Of a stretch of 36,415 nucleotides of DNA, positions 33,249-36,415 are shown one piece after another. Made by a program: the position numbers and the translations under genes. This DNA is from Bacteroidales bacterium (GTDB lineage: Bacteria; Bacteroidota; Bacteroidia; Bacteroidales; UBA12077): NCBI GenBank assembly GCA_030156305.1, contig JASGMZ010000003.1:1-36415 (forward strand), read 5' to 3'. Numbering within the stretch: position 1 is the first letter of the stretch; every line of letters begins with the position of its first letter. The notes beneath the pieces were generated by a model. The model searched no databases. It was not told the DNA's origin and saw only the letters and a program-made list of their open reading frames with translations.

Positions 33249-35366
33249 ATGAAAGTTTTTTCGTATTTGACTTTACTTTTTTTATTGCTTGGTTTTCAGA
33301 TAGCACTTTCTGCTTCGGCAACCGATACCGTTAAAATGGCTAAGGTGGATAGCCTCAGTCATCAATACCATTTAATCAAACCGGTTTCAGAGAAAGTTCC
33401 GAATTTTTCGGGTGATAAGCAAACGCAAACCGCTCGTCTAACAGCAGAAAAGCCTTTGCGTGTTTTAGTTTTAGATGAGCAAAATAATCCGGTTGAGGGA
33501 GTTTGTATTCAATTTAAACCACTTTTTGTTCCCGAAAAGGATCAAAAATTCACTGTTGTTGATACAGTTTCTTGTACCGACAGCTCAGGGATTGCTGAAA
33601 CCAAAATTATTTTAGGATCGGTTGAGGGAGAATACCAGGTTGCAGCCAGATTCAGTAATATTCCTTCGGATGAGATTTTAATTTACCGGGTTTTTGCCCG
33701 GAAATCTAACTGGGTGTTTTTGTTAGTTGCCGGTTTAATTGGTGGTTTAGGCTTGTTCTTATTAGGAATGAGTATGATGAGTGACGGGATGCAGAATGCT
33801 GCCGGCGATAAAATGCGGGCAATACTCAGTCAACTGACGAATAACCGGTTTATAGCCATTGGTGTGGGTTCGTTTATTACTATGATTGTGCAAAGTAGTA
33901 GTGCCACCACCGTTATGCTGGTTAGCTTTGTGCAATCTAAGTTGATGAAATTCAGGCAAACGATTGGAGTTATTCTCGGTGCCGGAATAGGAACAACCAT
34001 TACAGCTCAACTTATTGCTTTTAAACTTACCGATTATTCATTGTTAATGATTGGGGTTGGGTTTATCTTAAACTCCTTTTTTAAACATGGATTAATAAAA
34101 AATATAGGAAAAACAATTCTTGGTTTTGGTATTTTATTTTTTGGCATGTACATTATGTCCGAATCCATGTCGCCTCTTCGTTCTTTTACTCCGTTTCTGG
34201 AGCTTTTAATAAACCTTGAAAACCCGCTTTTGGGTATTCTTGTGGGAATATTATTTACAGCACTTATACAAAGTAGTGCTGCTTTTATTGGTATTATGAT
34301 AATTTTTGCTACTCAGGGATTTTTAACCCTGGAAGCTTCCATTCCATTATTGTTGGGAGCAAATATAGGAACGGCCGTAACCGCTATTCTGGCGAGTTTA
34401 AAAACTAATCGCGAAGCGAAACAGGTTGCACTTGCCCACACACTTTTTAAAGTTTTTGGAGTGTTGGTATTTTTATTCTGGATTCCACAATTTGCTGAAT
34501 TGATTAGAATAGTTTCACCAAAATCATTCGAAGCTTCCGGAAGTTTAAATTCAATAGGCGATGTTATGCCCCGGCAAATCGCTAATGCACATACCTTTTT
34601 TAACATTGTTCTTACTATTCTTGTGCTTCCGTTTACGAATCAATTTGCCATATTAATCGAAAAGTTGTTACCCTTAAAACCCGATGAAAAACCGGTGTTC
34701 AAAACCCATTATCTCGATCAGAGTATGTTAAAAAGCTCTTCGCTGGCGCTTAACCTGGCTAAGCAGGAAGTAATAAGAATGGGGCGATTAACCCAGGATA
34801 TGACATCGGATATCATTATTCCATTTTTGATTAAGGGTAAGGGAATATTTGAAAATATCAGGAAAAACGAAGAAGAAGTTAATTTTTTGCGCGATGAGGT
34901 TAATAATTATATATTAAAAATTACCAGGGAAAATATTAATGAAGACAGGATAAATGAAGCTTTTCAATTGTTGTACACCGTTAAAGAATTTGAGCAAATT
35001 GCCGATATTATATCAACCAATTTAATTCCTAAAGCAGAATTTTGGTGTTCTAAAGAATATGAATTTTCACCTGCCGGAAAAAAAGAAATTGTTGATTACC
35101 ACACCCGTACCCTAAAACAATTGAGCAGAGCTATTGAAGTGTTTGCCGATGTGAATCTGGAAAAGGCTCAAGCTATGAAACAAAAGTATAAGCAGTATCG
35201 CAATATGGAATTTGATCTCGAAAAGCAACATTTCGAGCGCTTACGCGAGGATGTGGGACAGTCTGTTGACAGCAGTAAAACACATGTTGAACTGATGACC
35301 AACCTTCGGGCTATAAACGGCCATGCTACAAATATTGCAAGGATTTTACTCAAATGGTCGAAATAA
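33249..35366 (+). CDS. Na+/phosphate cotransporter family protein (NptA/YjbB-like) with C-terminal PhoU-like helices and an extra N-terminal Ig-like domain
   Basis: Duplicated Na/Pi repeats (FLLGMSMMSDGMQ...VQSSSATTVM and ...IQSSAAFIGIM), then helical PhoU-like repeats at the C-terminus. The N-terminal ~150 aa carry a signal peptide and a beta-rich domain (VLVLDEQNNPVEGVCIQF...TDSSGIAETKIILGSVEGEYQVAARF). Confidence 0.85.
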   Translation: MKVFSYLTLLFLLLGFQIALSASATDTVKMAKVDSLSHQYHLIKPVSEKVPNFSGDKQTQTARLTAEKPLRVLVLDEQNNPVEGVCIQFKPLFVPEKDQKFTVVDTVSCTDSSGIAETKIILGSVEGEYQVAARFSNIPSDEILIYRVFARKSNWVFLLVAGLIGGLGLFLLGMSMMSDGMQNAAGDKMRAILSQLTNNRFIAIGVGSFITMIVQSSSATTVMLVSFVQSKLMKFRQTIGVILGAGIGTTITAQLIAFKLTDYSLLMIGVGFILNSFFKHGLIKNIGKTILGFGILFFGMYIMSESMSPLRSFTPFLELLINLENPLLGILVGILFTALIQSSAAFIGIMIIFATQGFLTLEASIPLLLGANIGTAVTAILASLKTNREAKQVALAHTLFKVFGVLVFLFWIPQFAELIRIVSPKSFEASGSLNSIGDVMPRQIANAHTFFNIVLTILVLPFTNQFAILIEKLLPLKPDEKPVFKTHYLDQSMLKSSSLALNLAKQEVIRMGRLTQDMTSDIIIPFLIKGKGIFENIRKNEEEVNFLRDEVNNYILKITRENINEDRINEAFQLLYTVKEFEQIADIISTNLIPKAEFWCSKEYEFSPAGKKEIVDYHTRTLKQLSRAIEVFADVNLEKAQAMKQKYKQYRNMEFDLEKQHFERLREDVGQSVDSSKTHVELMTNLRAINGHATNIARILLKWSK

Positions 35367-35434
35367 ATAAAGTTTTCAAAATCATTTTTAATGATTAATT
35401 TTATCCCTTCGTAATGTGAAAAAGAAAAAATAAT

Positions 35435-36415
35435 ATGAGCAATTATCACTTAGTTGAAGTAAAAGAAAAAAGTACCATAAAAGAATTTTTACTGTTTCCG
35501 GTAACATTGTATAAAAATGAAAAAAACTGGATAAGGCCGCTGGATGATGATATTGAAAGTGTTTTTGATCCTCAGAAAAACAAACTCTTCAGGCATGGCG
35601 AAGCCATTCGTTGGATTTTAAAAGATGAAAATGATCAAGTGGCAGGCCGTGTAGCCGCTTTCTATGATAAGAAATCGGCAGAAAAAAATGATCAATCCAC
35701 CGGGGGTATGGGTTTTTTCGATTGTATTAATGATAAAGAAGCTGCATTTATAATGTTTGATGCATGTAAAAACTGGCTGCAATCGAAAGGTATGGAAGCT
35801 ATGGACGGGCCCGTAAATTTTGGCGATCGCGATCGTTGGTGGGGCTGCTTAGTGGATGGGTTTGAGTATCCACCCAACTACTGTATGCCTTATAACTTTC
35901 CTTATTATAAAGATTTATTCGAAGCTTACGGGTTTAAAAATTATTTCAATCAATATACATACTATCGAAAAGTAGAGTTAGATGGATTAAGTGATTCCAT
36001 TAAGGAAAAAGCCAAACGACTGGGAAAAAATCCAAGGTATCAGTTTCGTCATCTAAAAAAAAATAAGCTGGAAAAATATACCGAAGATTTTAGAACCGTA
36101 TATAATAATGGCTGGGCTCGTTTCCCTGGCGTTACCAAAATGACAAAAGTGCACTCCAGGGCATTAATGAAAAGCTTGAAACCTATATTGGACGAACGAA
36201 TTATGTGGTTTGCGTATTACGACGATGAACCCATTGCCTTTTACCTTCAGGTACCTGAAATTAATAAAATTGTGAGACATTTAAATGGGAAAATGAATCT
36301 TTGGAGTAAACTTAAATTTTTATACTACAAGAAAAAAGGTGAATGCGATACGGTTCTTGGTTTGATTTTTGGCGTAGTACCCGAACATCAGGGCAAGGGT
36401 GTTGAAGGAGGTATT
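35435..36415 (+). CDS. Conserved hypothetical protein, probably GNAT-fold acyltransferase-like; 3' end cut by window edge
   Basis: Not in the ORF track because no stop codon is reached. ATG 35435 opens 327 uninterrupted codons to the window end (MSNYHLVEVKEKSTIKEF...DGPVNFGDRDRWWGCLVDGF...). The product call is from memory of similar Bacteroidota proteins and is weak. Confidence 0.6.
   Translation, partial: MSNYHLVEVKEKSTIKEFLLFPVTLYKNEKNWIRPLDDDIESVFDPQKNKLFRHGEAIRWILKDENDQVAGRVAAFYDKKSAEKNDQSTGGMGFFDCINDKEAAFIMFDACKNWLQSKGMEAMDGPVNFGDRDRWWGCLVDGFEYPPNYCMPYNFPYYKDLFEAYGFKNYFNQYTYYRKVELDGLSDSIKEKAKRLGKNPRYQFRHLKKNKLEKYTEDFRTVYNNGWARFPGVTKMTKVHSRALMKSLKPILDERIMWFAYYDDEPIAFYLQVPEINKIVRHLNGKMNLWSKLKFLYYKKKGECDTVLGLIFGVVPEHQGKGVEGGI

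Noticed and set aside
29591-35366. A possible compositional island. The 29.6-35.4 kb genes look somewhat more GC-rich than the 23-29.4 kb operon, as suggested by the many long antisense ORFs there.
   Set aside because: I cannot compute GC or codon statistics reliably by eye. No integrase, tRNA, direct repeats or other island boundaries are visible. Membrane-protein and barrel amino-acid composition could explain the difference. A sliding-window GC and tetranucleotide analysis would settle it.
35380-35396. A small hairpin AATCAT-ttttA-ATGATT after the Na/Pi cotransporter gene, considered as a terminator.
   Set aside because: The stem is only 6 bp, entirely AT-rich, and has a weak T-tract. That is too weak to call, and read-through into the GNAT-like gene is equally plausible.
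1-36415. I looked for CRISPR repeats, tandem repeats, IS or transposon ends, toxin-antitoxin pairs, restriction-modification genes and other defence genes, and for rRNA, tRNA and riboswitch-like leaders.
   Set aside because: No spaced direct-repeat arrays, no transposase, integrase or recombinase motifs, and no nuclease, methylase or helicase defence-type genes were found. Intergenic regions are short (213 nt or less) and AT-rich, with no cloverleaf or riboswitch-like conserved structure that I could recognise.

Overview
This looks like core chromosome from a low-GC member of the Bacteroidota. Three things support that: the type IX secretion/gliding core operon porP-gldK-gldL-gldM-gldN, TAnnTTTG-type -7 promoter boxes 20-50 nt upstream of many start codons, and lipoprotein and beta-barrel rich gene content. 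I can support 28 protein-coding genes, two of them cut by the window edges. I see no rRNA, tRNA, CRISPR array, transposase, integrase, phage gene or recognisable defence gene.

Layout:
- 1-10.5 kb: housekeeping genes (UPF0104 membrane protein, RfaE2-like adenylyltransferase, radA, a double-ATPase ABC protein, PBP1A, topA, an arginase-fold protein).
- 10.7-16.6 kb: T9SS core.
- 16.7-19.4 kb: mannose-1-P guanylyltransferase and an MlaEF-like ABC pair.
- 19.4-22.9 kb: a Crp/Fnr regulator divergent from a four-gene sulfur-trafficking-like operon.
- 23.0-29.4 kb, minus strand: an operon of proteins I cannot assign to any characterised family (membrane-anchored propeller protein, acidic lipoprotein, beta-barrel), plus a truncated porin-like ORF.
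- 29.6-36.4 kb: TonB-dependent receptor, a secreted hypothetical protein, a Na/Pi cotransporter with an extra N-terminal domain, and a 3'-truncated GNAT-like ORF.

The best candidates for something undescribed are the 23.5-29.4 kb envelope operon and the Fnr-controlled SQR/DUF1641/TusE/DsrE module with its tandem perfect FNR-type palindromes. All family assignments come from motif recognition by eye. No database search was run.
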